Assembly: GCA_012295275.1 (NCBI GenBank)
Contig: CM022674.1
Span: 16,988,001-17,052,000, forward strand
Source: Chrysomallon squamiferum
Lineage: Eukaryota; Animalia; Mollusca
DNA length: 64,000 nt
Direction of reading: 5' to 3'
Part shown: positions 15,630 through 31,954 of the stretch, in pieces
Position numbering within the stretch: position 1 is the stretch's first letter
How the letters are laid out: each line of letters begins with the position of its first letter
Translations under genes and position numbers: made by a program
Notes under the pieces: model-generated
The model's input: only the letters and a program-made list of their open reading frames with translations
What the model was told of the DNA's origin: nothing
The model's database searches: none

Positions 15630-15982
15630 TGTCTAAATCATGATTAGTGACTTCAGGATTTAACAACAAGTTAAGTGTACCTTATAGACATTTTAAGATA
15701 GGAAGGAGTGAAAGAAACAAGAAATAATGTGAAGAAACTAAAATCATTAAACAAGACTCTAATTATATGCAATGTTTTCCATAAATAATGATAAAGCGTT
15801 CTACAAACTTCCTTCAGTTTCGTGCAGTTTTTATTAATGTATTAATTTATTTACTTATTTATTTGCTTCTATTTATCTATCTCTCTACTTATTTATAGCT
15901 TATTTATTATATTCATCACGTTATCATCTTTCTATTTTTTTAATTAATTATTTTATTAATTTATTTATGAATTTATTTTTAA

Positions 15983-16022
<40 letters not shown>

Positions 16023-16109
16023 CAGATTTTATGTCAGAGATTTTAAATTAAATTAAACCATTAAACGAAGTTTTTTCTCTATACCTAGTATTATCAGGGA
16101 TACGAACAA

Positions 16110-16241
<132 letters not shown>

Positions 16242-16277
16242 TGTTCCTCTTATATCTCAGGTTTATATATATGTATG

Positions 16278-16334
<57 letters not shown>

Positions 16335-17427
16335 CTGTGTGTGTGTGTGTGTCTATATATATATAGTAAACCAATAAGTGTCACGAAGCTGACTGGAAAA
16401 AAACGAAACAAAAAAACGAATTGAAAATAATTTGTTCTCATCATTCTTATAGCCAGATGCATGGTTCATGTAACTACAATTATACAAATCTGTCATACAA
16501 AATGTCAAATAACACTTACAGACATATAAAATGTATCTATATGTCATATCACGCACCCTTCATCAAACACGTTATCAAAAACTACAACAATTACAACAAC
16601 AACAACAACAATACTACTACTACTAATAATAATAACAACAACAACAACAACAATAATAAATAAATTAATTAATAAATGTTGTTTATTTGCATTTTACGCT
16701 CCTAGTTTAGAAAAGAAATACAGGAACAAATAAAACAGAAGAGAACAAAATGTGTGTTTAATCAGTTTTGAAATAGAAAAGTCTACATACCAAACATTTC
16801 CAGTCAGCTTCAGCGGATGTATCTGATGACGTGGTATAGACACTGAGTTTTTATTTACTGCTGATGTAAACATTAACGTTTCCACGAAATTAACTGATAA
16901 GTGTACTTTCACTTTAATTACCGTATATACCACAGTACAGGGGACAGAATGTAGAAATATTTCAAACGCATTTACATACGCATATAAAATCACATACACA
17001 AATACATGTGCAAGCATACGTAAATATATAAGCCACAAACGCACACAGATAGTGCTCACACAGATCCGCACACATACGCAAAATATACTAGACAATTCAG
17101 TCTAAAGGAAGCGTTTGGAACTGGTATAAGAGATCAGAAGTAGCCGCTATCTTCCTGAAAGTATTTAATTATAAATTTATAAAATGTTACATTTCACAAT
17201 TTTATACTGTAATACTCTCAGGATATTTTATCAGAAGTTGATATTTGATACTGGTACGAATCTTTATTTTATTTTATTTTTATTTTATTTTATTTAATTT
17301 TTTTATTATTATTATTTTTTATTAACGTAAAATATGTAGCGCTGAACTAAAATTTGAACTCAAAACTAATCTTGTAAAATTTACCATAAACGTGTTTCTG
17401 TAATTAAATTTATTTATTTATTTATTT

Positions 17428-17468
<41 letters not shown>

Positions 17469-17621
17469 TGTATTTGTTTTAGATCTGTGACGTCAGCCAA
17501 CTTTAGTGTTAATTGAATGTTACTGCTAAAGGATCAATGTGCATGTGTGTGTGTGTGTTTGTGTGTGTGTGTTTGTGTGTGTATTTGTGTGTGTGTGCCT
17601 GTGTGTTTGTGTGTGTGTGTT

Positions 17622-17657
<36 letters not shown>

Positions 17658-17919
17658 AACAGAGAGAGAGAGAGAGTTATTATATTTCACCATTCGCAGT
17701 GCCATATGTATCTATCTATCTATGTAATCATATCTATAATGATCATGATGATGATAAGATTAAAACTAAATTAGTTTTCACAGCTAAATGTAAAGTTGTT
17801 ATTCAGTTACTTTTATCAGTTACACGAAACTGAGAAATGACAACATTTGTTTCAGAACATTCGGATTATTATTTTTTGTTTTATTGTTTTTATTTATATA
17901 TTTATTTATTAATTTATCC

Positions 17920-17952
<33 letters not shown>

Positions 17953-18188
17953 GTGTGTGTTTTATTACAACTAACAGCCAGCGGACCTCCAGAAAACAAC
18001 AACGATTATGATAATATCAAAAGATAAATTACTATTCATAAGAAACTGTAAATCTAATTAGTTGGTGGTAGGTTCACAGTTGAAATCGAATGAGAAGTGG
18101 TGACATTTGTTTCAAAACGTCCTGTTTCTTTCTCTATTTAAACCCCAACAGCATCATCGTCACCATCATTCGGACGGAGACGAGAAAG

Positions 18189-18397
18189 ATGAAGGGACTC
18201 GGTCTTCATTTTGTCTTAGCGTTTCTTTGTCTGCTATTAGCGTTGGCCCAGTCTGTGCAGGTGTCCGACTCAGATGTAGAAACTGTCGAGTCGAAGAGAA
18301 GCCACTCAGGACAGAATCAAGGCTTTGATCTGAACTCGCTTTCTAAACGAGACATCATCCACCCGAGTAAAGTAGGAGATAGAATAGCCGAAACTGG
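18189..18397 (+). CDS. First coding exon of a putative secreted precursor (signal peptide, acidic pro-region, two KR sites)
   Basis: MKGLGLHFVLAFLCLLLALAQS-VQVSDSDVETVES-KR-SHSGQNQGFDLNSLS-KR-DIIHPSKVGDRIAETG; acceptor ..ccccaacag at ~18151 and donor gtgggt at 18398. The downstream exon is not firmly identified. Confidence 0.6.
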
Positions 18398-19423
18398 GTG
18401 GGTTTGTTTTATTTCCTTCTCCTGTAAAACACCATCATCAGCAGCAGCATCATCACCATCATCACCATCATCATCATTATCATCATCAGCATATATAATT
18501 TGTGAAATTCCTCTCCAGCTATCGTTAAGCTGTTATGGAAAAAATAGTGTCTAATTCGGATATGCATTTAAATTTGTTTTTGTTATAATATATCTGTAAT
18601 GCATTCTTCTCTGTATTGTTTCCTATAGTTTATGATAATCAAATCATTTCATTGTACACTTTGGACTTCGGGTGTAAATTCTAGAATCAAAAAAAAAAAA
18701 GGAAAGACAAATTATATAATACTTAGTTTAGTCAACAATTTTGCAAGGACGATCACTTCGGCAGTTTTCACGTAATTAGGTTACCATGTGATATTAAATA
18801 ATTGCCATTCTTTGAAAGCTTAACAAATGATAATTGCATAAATCGTGTAGTTACTATATTGAGCCAAATGAACAAGATAATTATTAGTGTTGAAACACTC
18901 ATTTAGAGTCAGAAACAGAAATCTGCATAAAATACGTGTGACGGACATTTTTCACTGTCTTATTAAATTCATCGCAATCACAGAACGAACTTTCTAAAAC
19001 AAAATTAACAGAAGATTTTCCAACAAATCCACTGTGTACAGAGAAAGAGTTAGCTGTGCAGAGTTCACGATAGGCTGGAAAAACAGGGAGAAGTCACTTC
19101 TGTCTGTAAACAGATAAGGGACACTTTGTCAAAGCAAAATGAGACAATATGACATAACCAAGCATTTGTCACAAAGGTAAAATTAAATATCTACATGTAT
19201 ACATGTTCTGTATCTAGTAAAACAGGGACTTTAACAACATATTTTATATACATTCATGGCATAAGTGATAAAATGATTTAAGAAAAGTTTTATTCTTATG
19301 TTTGTTTAATACTACTGGTATCCTACTTTCTCTCGTCTCCACCTCTACTTACTGGGTTTCTTAATTCTAATTTTTACCATGTCATTCTGTTCAGTCCATC
19401 TCAGTTAATTCAATTTGTACAAA

Positions 19424-19494
<71 letters not shown>

Positions 19495-19748
19495 TATAAA
19501 AAAATAAAAGTCAATAGCTGTGTTTATCGTCAATTGCTGTTAACACAAAAACAAAGCATGTCAGCAGCTGTTCTTGCAGTTTTATTACTAAATATAATTT
19601 CGGTGCCCGACTGCAAAACGTATTCAAGTCATCTTTGGACAAAATAGAGGCAAAATGTGTCAATAGTTTCGACTTCCACGTGTTATATATATATATATAT
19701 ATATATATAGATATATGTACATATATTATATAGTGTCTTTTTTTGAAA

Positions 19749-19751
<3 letters not shown>

Positions 19752-19800
<49 letters not shown>

Positions 19801-20543
19801 ATAAATAAATAAATAATTAAAAACAACAAAGGAAATAACCTAGAGGTACGTTTGCTCGTGGGATCTTAGCACTTAGATGTGTGTTACAGGCGAGACGTAG
19901 GAATTACTTTCTGTTTCTGAAGGGTGACGTGGTTCAGAGAAATTAGTCCGGCACAGGTTTAAATAGAGAGAAAAACAAATAGTTTATTTATTTATTTGTT
20001 GTGATGAATTGTTATAGCTGTATATTTTACTAAGAGTTAATGAAAACATTCTAGTCTGGTGTTTTAACAAAATTTAACACTAGATATGTTAAAAAGTTAA
20101 CCGGCATGTATAACACACCACTCTTAGTGTGTTCAGATTTTCTCTTTTTTTTTCTTTCTTTTTTCTGACAATGAATTCAAGAACTATAAACAATGTAGTT
20201 CATAGCTGTGGATTTTAGTTTTCTAAAATATATTTCTCAGCATACCTCTGTAAAAGGAATTAATTTCACATGATCTCTATCAGTAAGGACACACTGGGTT
20301 CGGAGACACTTCATCGGGGGAGCCCCACCTGTAAGTAAATTATATTAAGTTTATTATTTATTAAACATAAACTTAGCAACTGTTTGTTTATTTAATTATG
20401 TATGACATGTAAATAAACGAAAATCAGATAAATAGATAAATTTGTATATTTGAATCATTAATTTTTACTTGTTTTATTTTTGGATTTAATTTGTGTTTAA
20501 AATGTAAACAGATGAATTATATACAAATACATTTTCAAGTATA

Positions 20544-20589
<46 letters not shown>

Positions 20590-23500
20590 AATATATAATA
20601 ATATATAATAATATGCAAATCTCTAAAATAATAACTGATGTTTCGAGACAGGATCCCAGGCTATAGGTGTACTTTATGTGTGTAGTCTGTTCACAGTATG
20701 TGTGTGTGTGTATATATAGTGTGTGTGTGTGGTCGTTATCATGACTAGGGGATTATAAGACTATGACAATGATTGGCAAATTTTAAATTGTGACAGTAAT
20801 ATATATATATATATATAGACACAAGATAAATAACATCAACAAGAGAACAGTTTGAGTTCATTATTTATATGCAGAATATGTCTCGTAATAATATGAAAAA
20901 ATAGAAGCAGAACTAAATTATTTACGTTTTTGTGGAAATGTCAGTTAAAACAATTAAAGTCGGGAGAATCAAGTTATCACGTAAATATGTGTGTGTGTGT
21001 GTGTGTGTCTGTGTGTCTGTGTGCGTGTGTGTTAAATAGGTTTCTGATTACACTGCCTATTGACGGTAAAAGAACAAAAATAAAAGTATCTTAACAGATG
21101 CCGTCCAATTTATGCTGCTATAGCCAACATCCCTTTTGTCGCTTCCCGAATCAGAGCATGAATTTCAAATTCGCCTCAACCTCGTCTCAACTCTCGCCTC
21201 AAATCTCGCCTCAACTCTCGTCTCAACTCTCGTCCCAACTATCGCCTCAACCCTTGTCTCAACCTCGTCTCAACCGTCGCCTCAACCCTCGTCTCAACCT
21301 CGCCTCAACCCTCGACTCAACCCTCGTTTCAACTCTCGTCTCAACCCTCGTCTCAACCCTCGTTTCAACTCTCGTCTCAACCCTCGTCTCAACCCTCGTC
21401 TCAACCTCGTCTCAACCTCGCCTCAACCCTCGACTCAATCCACGTCTCAACTCTCGTCTCAACCCTCGACTCAACCCTCGTTTCAACCCTCGTCTCAACC
21501 CTCGACTCAACCCTCGTTTCAACCCTCGTCTCAACCCTCGTCTCAACCCTCGACTCAACCCTCGTCTCAATCCTCGTCTCAACTCTCGTCTCAACCGTCG
21601 CCTCAACACTCGTCTCAACTCTCGTCTCAACCCTCGTCTCAACCCTCGTTTCAACTCTCGTCTCAATCCTCGCCTCAACCCTCGACTCAACCCTCGTCTC
21701 AACCTTCTCAACCTTCGTCTCAACTCTCGTCTCAACCCTCGTCTCAAGTCTCGTATCAACTCTCGCCTCAACCCTCGTCTCAACTCTCGTATCAACCTTC
21801 GCCTCAACCTCGTCTCAACTCTCGTCTCAACCCTCTTCGCAACTCTCGTCTCAACCGAGGAATCAAAGACAAAAACAAAGACACGCGTGTTGACAAATCT
21901 CAAAGCTGTCTTAGTTTATCAGTAAAAACTAGCTGTATCCTAGCCGGTAATTAACTTAACTACGAAATTTAATAATAATAATACTAATAATAATAAAACA
22001 AATAAAAAATGCCTTTAAAGGTTCGACATGGCATTTTTTCCAGTAAAAGGGCATTAATGATGGTCAAACAGAACTTTAATTATCTGCATATATCGAAATT
22101 TAAATACAGTTTATTTACTGATTACAATAATTAATACATATTTATTTACTATCTGTCTTTGTTTTATCTTTTGTTTATCTCATAAAACCACATAATCTTT
22201 GGCTTTTTCTCGGTCTCTTTGCTTTTTCTGTAGACACTTTCGTTCTCTAAATATACTTTCCCGAAGACAACTGGTAATGTCGACTAACAATGGACAGCCT
22301 TTCTCTCAGATACATGAAAAGGAAAACTTAGGCTAAATAAAAGTCATTATAAGAGACTGATGTTCATGCACTGATTGTGTTCTATCACTTTCTAAACGTC
22401 AAGAATTTCATTACATTCACACGAAATATCTATTCTCAGCACGACATTAAAAATACTCTCTCTGTGTTTGTCTTTATAACAAAGCAAATCTCACATTGAT
22501 TATACTAGTAAAGCGAATACTGTCCTCCATTGTCAGTAAAACTAGAACCACAGTTGGTAGAAACAACCTGAATCACGGACTTTCTTCTGAATTTATTACT
22601 GATATATCTTAATAACCTGTTTTTAAACGTTTATAATCTAATATAATCTGTATTGTTTAATGTGTCAAATCCTCACAGTCAAGCAGTCTGTTTTCTTACG
22701 TTTATTCAGTTGAGATGACAACTTGTCTTTCACCTGTCAGACTTCAAATAAAGTCAAGAGGGTGAGTTATGCCGAGGTATTGACAGAATAAAAAAAGTGT
22801 CAAGAGGTTTGAAGCGGATGCTGTCAAAGAAAACCTTGAGGTGCAGACTTGAAAGATATTACATATATATGACTAATTAGTATTAAACAATACATCATGA
22901 ATATGGTTTACTATTTCCAGCACTACTATTGTTACGTCCAATACTTTTTCCAGAACCAATACTAGTCTTACAGTTATTACTAGCCCTACTATTTCCGCAA
23001 CAATTATTACTAGCCCTATTATTTCCATTAGTACTATTATTACTAGCCCGACTATTTTCAGTTCCACTGTTATTAGCAGTACTACTATTAATATTCCTAC
23101 TATTTCCAGCACTACTATTACTGTTTCCACAACTACTACGATTATTACTAGCCCTACTCTTTCCAATACTATTATTTTTACTAGCCCTACTCTTTCCAGT
23201 ACTACTACTATTATTACTAGCATACCATTTCCAGTACTACTATTATTACTGTTATTACTAGCCCTACTATTTCCACAACTATTATTACTATTATTAGCCT
23301 ACTATATCCTAAGCAGTACTACTATTACTATTCCTACTATTTCCAGCACTACTATTACCAGCACTACTGTTACTACTATTATTACTAGCCCTACTATTTC
23401 TACAAGTATTATTACTAGCCCTACCATTTCCAATACTACTATTATTACTATCCCTGCTATTTCAAGCACTACTATTACTGTTACTGTTTCCACTACTATT

Positions 23501-24330
23501 ATTACTAGCCCTACTATTTCCAGTACTACTATTATTACGTTTATCTAACTTATCTTGATGTTCCACTTAATTTACCTTAATTACCTGATGACCGACATCA
23601 CCTGGAACGAGAAAGGAAAGTTAAATTATACGAGTGAAGCAAGGATTTGAACTCCAAGCAGCGAGCGTAGCTAGCGTGAACGCTAACCACGACACCATCC
23701 GATCTCGGACGACCACCATACGAAAATGACTTCTAGTCAATCCTGCGATCGGTGTTGTGCAATCGATTTGGAGTTACCTCCCAACATGGCGATTATCTGT
23801 AGAAGCCGCCATTTTCGGAATTTGCAGAATATCCTGCAATACTATAAGAATTATATAACTTCTGGGAATAATGACATCATGTTTATTTTTAGAAACTATG
23901 TAATGCAATTCTTTTAATTTTATATAAATGTTTATTTGATTAAACATTTTATTTTATATGCTAAATATTAACGAATGTGTGGATTTATATTTAAAATAGT
24001 CAGACAAAATAAAATGAAAATGACGGCTTCTGCAGATAATCGCCATGTTGGGAGATAACCCAAAATCGACTGCACAACATCGATCGCAGGATTGACTAGA
24101 AGTTATTTTCGTATGTTGCTCGTCCGAGATCGGATGGTGTCGTGGCTAGAGTTCACACTCGCTACGCTCGCTGCTTGGAGTTCGAATCCTCGCACGGATA
24201 ACTTACATTTGATTTCTCATTCCAGGTGATGTCCCTAATTAAGGTCAGGTGGATATCAAGGTAAGTTAGGTAAACGTCAACAGTAGTAGAGTTAGTAATA
24301 ATACTAGTACTGGAAATAGTAGGGCTAGTA
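19752..24330 (+). repeat. Direct segmental duplication, copy A (~4.6 kb; partner 32693-37740)
   Basis: Collinear high similarity from ..aacaaaggaaa..gtttgctcgtgggatcttagc through the 12-bp minisatellite and the foldback element. Confidence 0.93.
21171..21856. repeat. GC-rich 12-bp minisatellite (TCTCAACCCTCG)n
   Basis: More than 50 units, occasional 11-bp variants; source of the spurious RLNP/STLV/SSQP ORFs. Confidence 0.95.
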
Positions 24331-24540
24331 AAGGATCGTAATAATAGCAGTGGAAATGGTAGAACTAATAATAATAGTACTAGTAGTAGTGGTAATGCAA
24401 ATAGTAGGGCTAGTAATAATAGTAGTACTGGAAACAGTAGGGTTAGTAATAGTAGTAGTAGTAGTACAAATGATAGGGTTAGTAATAATACTAATAATCG
24501 TTGTGGAAATATTAGGGCTAGTAATAATAGTTGTACTGAA
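22908..24540. mobile_element. Foldback-like element, copy A: minisatellite arm, unique inverted arm with tRNA-like module, spacer, mirror image
   Basis: Left array (ctattattactagccctactatttcc..)n 22908-23536; arm 23537-23816; AT-rich spacer 23817-24015; reverse-complement arm 24016-24277; reverse-complement array 24278-24540. Confidence 0.75.
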
Positions 24541-25587
24541 AAACGCTCTGCTATTAGACACGTGAAATAAATAAATAATAATACATTTTATTTTAAAATT
24601 TAGTAAAGCAAACGTAGAAATTGGGAAATGTTTATAATAATACAAAACCAGATACATTTTGAGTTACAATCATTTGTTTTTCATCTCTGGACACAAAACT
24701 AACAGTTTTATGGACTCGAACGAAGACATTGGCTCTCTTTTGAGTAAATGTTGATATTCAAGAGCTTCACTGATATTGGTTTTGGGATCAGTAAAGCAAA
24801 ATTGCTTTATCTGTTTTAGTAAAGAGTTTTCATGAAATAAATAAGAAAACAAAAAATGCAGCATATTTTTGCTATAGAGTTCGGTGACAAGTGGTGTACA
24901 CACAAAAAGAATATATACACACACACACACACACATACACATCGTGCACTCGGCGAAAAATAACCTTGGACTAACCGAGATTTGTGTATAAATTAGTGTA
25001 GCAGCTAATGACAAACGCTGTAAATCACGAACCCCTCCACACAGCAGTAGTGGTGCTGTTTTTAATTGCATCTCACTATAAACATTCCTTGTATATGTGG
25101 TTTTGATATGAACAACATATATTTCACGTTAGAAATTTTGTTCGCACATATTTTTGCCCAAAATTAATTATGTTTCTGTTTAAGAACGGTTTCAAGTAAA
25201 GTATGTCTGTTAAATAGCAAGAACAATATTTCTTGCCGCCGGAACCTCAAAGTTTGAGATTTTTCTGATTTACTTTTTAGCTGCAGCTACAAAAAGCTCT
25301 AGTCCCATACTTGTGATACACAACTCAAAAATAAAAACAGCGACAGGCTGATTTGAAATTATTTACAGACCAGCTTCCTTCATAAACAATAATTAATTAA
25401 AGTACTGATAACACCTGCTGTAGTAGTCAGAAACTGTATGTATATAAACGTTTCCCTTCTGACTGAGATTCAAAGTCTATGCTAGTGGTGTGCCAGAAGA
25501 TAGGATTAACAGGGATGCTATGCAGGGGAGGTGGCATTTCCTAGCAAACTACAAACCCTGGGATGCGCGATTTCCAGGGGTTTGTAA

Positions 25588-25976
25588 TTAACTGCTACAC
25601 CGGCACATTTCAGTTTCCCTTCCACCTACTGCTAATCTGTTCTGAACAAAACAGTGGCTAATCCGGATGCTGTCTACTTCAGATACTGGGTGGAAATTCC
25701 AGAACAAAATAACAATTGACATAGTAATTAGCATTGTGAAAAGCCACACACAGTTTTTAGAGTGCGATTACTTCTTAAACGCTGACTGCAATTTACATGT
25801 AATTAATAACCATGTGCTGACGTTTTGTCTCTCTTTAAATATATATATATATATATATATAAACATACACATACAGGTGTCTACCCGTCACGTCTGTCTT
25901 GCACAATCAGAGCAGTATTCACTCTTTATTAAACATATCTACACACACGCACACCCAAACACACACTCACAAACAT

Positions 25977-26063
<87 letters not shown>

Positions 26064-26592
26064 AAGAGAGAGACAGAGAGAGAGAGAGAGAAAGTTATAC
26101 AAAGTCATAGAGATAAACAAGCCTACTTTTTCGTAAATACAAATAAACCAATTCACAAAAGCATAACACTTATATATAAAAATAAGGAACAGGTACAATT
26201 GTGTGTGTGTATATATCACCGTTTGTGTTGTTTTAAACATTACACCGTTTAAAAAAAGAAAACACAAAGGTTAGACAAGTGTCTTACCAGATGCCGCCGC
26301 GAAACGCTTATCAAAGCAAGATCGAAGTTTGAAATTCTCTAAGGTGATCTTCTGTATATCAAACGGAACCGCTGCCGCCGATTGTCTATCTTCATCACTG
26401 TGTATGTGTGTACGTACATTAAAATGAGAATATATATCATGTTTCATACATTAACTCAGCATATGTAAAACTAAAAATAGCCCTTGGAAACATTGTACGA
26501 CTTTTCTTTCATTATGTTAATATTGTTTTGGTTTCTCTAGATTTACACCGCTTCTCGATATCTTGAATAAATGTTTTGTCGAACCAGTCTGT
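25588..26592 (-). other. Three phase-compatible candidate exons of an unrecognised gene
   Basis: 26592-26547, 26397-26288 and 25685-25588 have AG/GT boundaries and join to RLVRQNIYSRYREAVDEDRQSAAAVPFDIQKITLENFKLRSCFDKRFAAASVSEVDSIRISHCFVQNRLAVGGRETEMCRCSS*. No family recognised. Confidence 0.3.
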
Positions 26593-27673
26593 CTGAAAAT
26601 CATGACTATAAAAACAACCTACAAGCCAGTATGAATAATACAAGTTATCGCTTCGCTGGTTTTCATAATCTTGTTTTAAAACGAAACAGTACTCTTTGCC
26701 AATGTCTTTGTTTGAAATATCAAACAGTTTTAATAATAATAATAATAGTGATACTACTACACACACATACACACATGCACACACACATACATACACACAC
26801 ACACACACATACATACACACACACACATTAATACGGTGCCGACTCAGAAAACCGGACTTTGACTAACCCGGATTTCTACGTAAATTTTAGAACAAAATAC
26901 CAATTCATATAGAAATTAGTATTGTCAACAGCTGCACTGAAAATACACAGAGAAAACAAACAAAAAACCCAGAGACGTGTAAATACCAGTCATCTCTGTC
27001 ATGCACAACAACATTATTCACTCATTCTTTAACATATCTACACACACACACAGGTGCGCACGCACGCTAGCGCGTGCACACACAGGAACACACATTGAGA
27101 GAGTGAGAGAGATTTAAATACCCATTCTCTCTGGTTAAGATGCAAAGACAAGTATTTATTCTTTTTTAAAGATATCTATATAGACGCAAGCACACACGAA
27201 CACACTCATACAGGTTTAAAAATAGACAGGCTAAGAGATACAAAGTTAAAGCGATAAACAAATCTCCTTTTGTAAATACAGACAAACCAATTCATAAAAC
27301 ATAACATTTATCTATAAAGCAAGGAACTTCTATAATTGAAATAAATACTTGCTGATGGTGAGTTTAGAAAATAAATTACTTTTAGTAATAAATATTAGTA
27401 CTGCTGTGTACATGAAATAGTCCGCAGACAGTCCCACCTGAGGGAACGGAACAATGTTATTGACATGTCATCAAACAACACAAACGGTGATGTCACGTTC
27501 ACATGGAAAAACGAATCACGTGATCAGTATATAACTAACAATAGTCAAAAAGAGGTTTACAGATAACCATGGTTCAATTTATCGGAATATTTTGATATTC
27601 GTGTCTCGCTTGCACCAGGATGGAGACGTGATTTTCTGCTCTGTAGTCAACACAAACATCTCCAATTTTAAAC

Positions 27674-27784
<111 letters not shown>

Positions 27785-27849
27785 AAACTGCATTTTTGTT
27801 TGATGTGTTATTTATATAGTGTGTGTGTATATATATATATATATCTGTG

Positions 27850-27881
<32 letters not shown>

Positions 27882-27893
27882 GATATATCTGTG

Positions 27894-27926
<33 letters not shown>

Positions 27927-28422
27927 AGGTGTGGGTGTATACAGTAAAATGAGTGGTTTGTGTTACAGACTTTTGTTTCGCAGAAGGATCTGCTGATTTT
28001 TTGTTATTAGGTGAGATCGGTGGAAGGGTCGCTGTCCACTGAACGCACTAGATAACTAACTAGTCACACACACACACACACACACGCACACACACACGGA
28101 CTCACACACACGCACACACAGACACACACACAATGGACTCACTTGGGACTGACCTGGGAAACAGAATTGCTTGGATTCGGAAAATGCACCCCAAAAAGCT
28201 ACTGCTAACAGGGACCAGTCATTAATGCATTCCATATGAGGGCTTTATCTTTAGTCTACACATCCTTCTGTCTAAAAACTAAAATGTGTTAGTGTTTACT
28301 GAGTCTTTATCTTCAAATAATTGAGAATAAAAGAATAAAAAAAATAATTTCGATACCGTAGCTGTATCTTTAAACAACCGGGATTAAAATAATAATACTA
28401 ATAATAATACTAATACTAATAC

Positions 28423-28467
<45 letters not shown>

Positions 28468-28483
28468 TAATTAGTTTTGATAC

Positions 28484-30717
<2,234 letters not shown>

Positions 30718-31408
30718 CTGCAAAAAATTTAAATTATCAAGTACTGTTAATTAGATGGCATTCTCATTAGTGTATTCTGCAGTTACACTGATGCTTGTCA
30801 TCCAACAGTCTTGTAAAATTTATTTAAATTATTAATTAATTACTAATTACACGGCAGTCTCATTAGTATATTTAAAAAAAAATAATAATTTGTTGCCACA
30901 GTCATGCTTGTTATCTGACAAACTCTAAATTTATATTATAAAACGTCTAACCTAAAATTTCACAATATATTGTATGTTTTACATTTCTAACAACAGATAT
31001 CTCTGTAACAATTGATATAAATTTCAAAAACAAATTTTATACAATCATATTTCTACTTACATTTTTTTTATTCTTCACATCACATAATTTACACATTTTA
31101 AAATACAAAGCTCAATATCTTCCATTATTTTTACTTTGAAGAAAGCAGAAACATTTCTAACTGACTGAGGATACGGAAAATTGTCTAGTGATTTGCTGAT
31201 GAGATATTTTGGTTAAGTATGTAAAGCAAAATATAACAATGCTTAAATCACTGATAACATTCAAGCATCAACTTACTTGTGGGTTCTTACATTTCTGTGA
31301 ATCAAATAATACACGCACATATATACATACATATATATTTATAAGGACACAAGTATGTGTGTATTTGTTTACAGACAGATATACAGAGAGATAGACATAG
31401 ATATAGCT

Positions 31409-31444
<36 letters not shown>

Positions 31445-31852
31445 TCAAAAACAATCTACATCTATGTCTATATATATATAGATGGATAGAAAGATAGATA
31501 GAAAAACATAAATATATGTGTATATCTGTGTACTAAGAGACAAATAGCTGGGCAGATATAGAGATAGACAGTCAGATAGACAGACAGATAGATATAGATT
31601 TTATTTAATACAGACACACACATAAATTTATTTTTAAAATACATTATCAGCAGGTAATTCATTTAATGTACAATTACCCCATTTGCACTTTAAGCTGAGG
31701 TAAAAGTATACACAATTATGTTGTTATGGGTGTGTAGTGTAATACACTATGATTTAAATATTTGTAACTGTTATAATACTGATTTTATAATTATTGTTTT
31801 TACTATTTCTACTGATATTTTTGTTATTATTATTATTGTTATTGTTGTTATC

Positions 31853-31897
<45 letters not shown>

Positions 31898-31907
31898 GTT
31901 ATTGTTG

Positions 31908-31954
<47 letters not shown>

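Noticed and set aside
20241-20330. Exon-like segment with AG/GT boundaries
   Set aside because: Stops in all three frames; the duplicate at ~33220 has lost the acceptor and gained an indel.
21098-21954. Long ORFs of 272-275 aa (RLNP/STLV/SSQP repeats), also at 34202-34857
   Set aside because: Translations of a stop-free 12-bp minisatellite, open in several frames and not conserved in frame between the duplicates.
24128-24195. Functional tRNA gene (also 41621-41691)
   Set aside because: A/B-box-like motifs are present, but I could not fold a convincing acceptor stem or anticodon arm; treated as tRNA-derived repeats.
22873-24657. Hydrophobic or Thr/Ile-rich 'mucin' and 'membrane' ORFs, also at 35.7-37.8 kb and 46.4-47.6 kb
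   Set aside because: Products of the TAC/GTA-rich minisatellite arms; no splice or start context.
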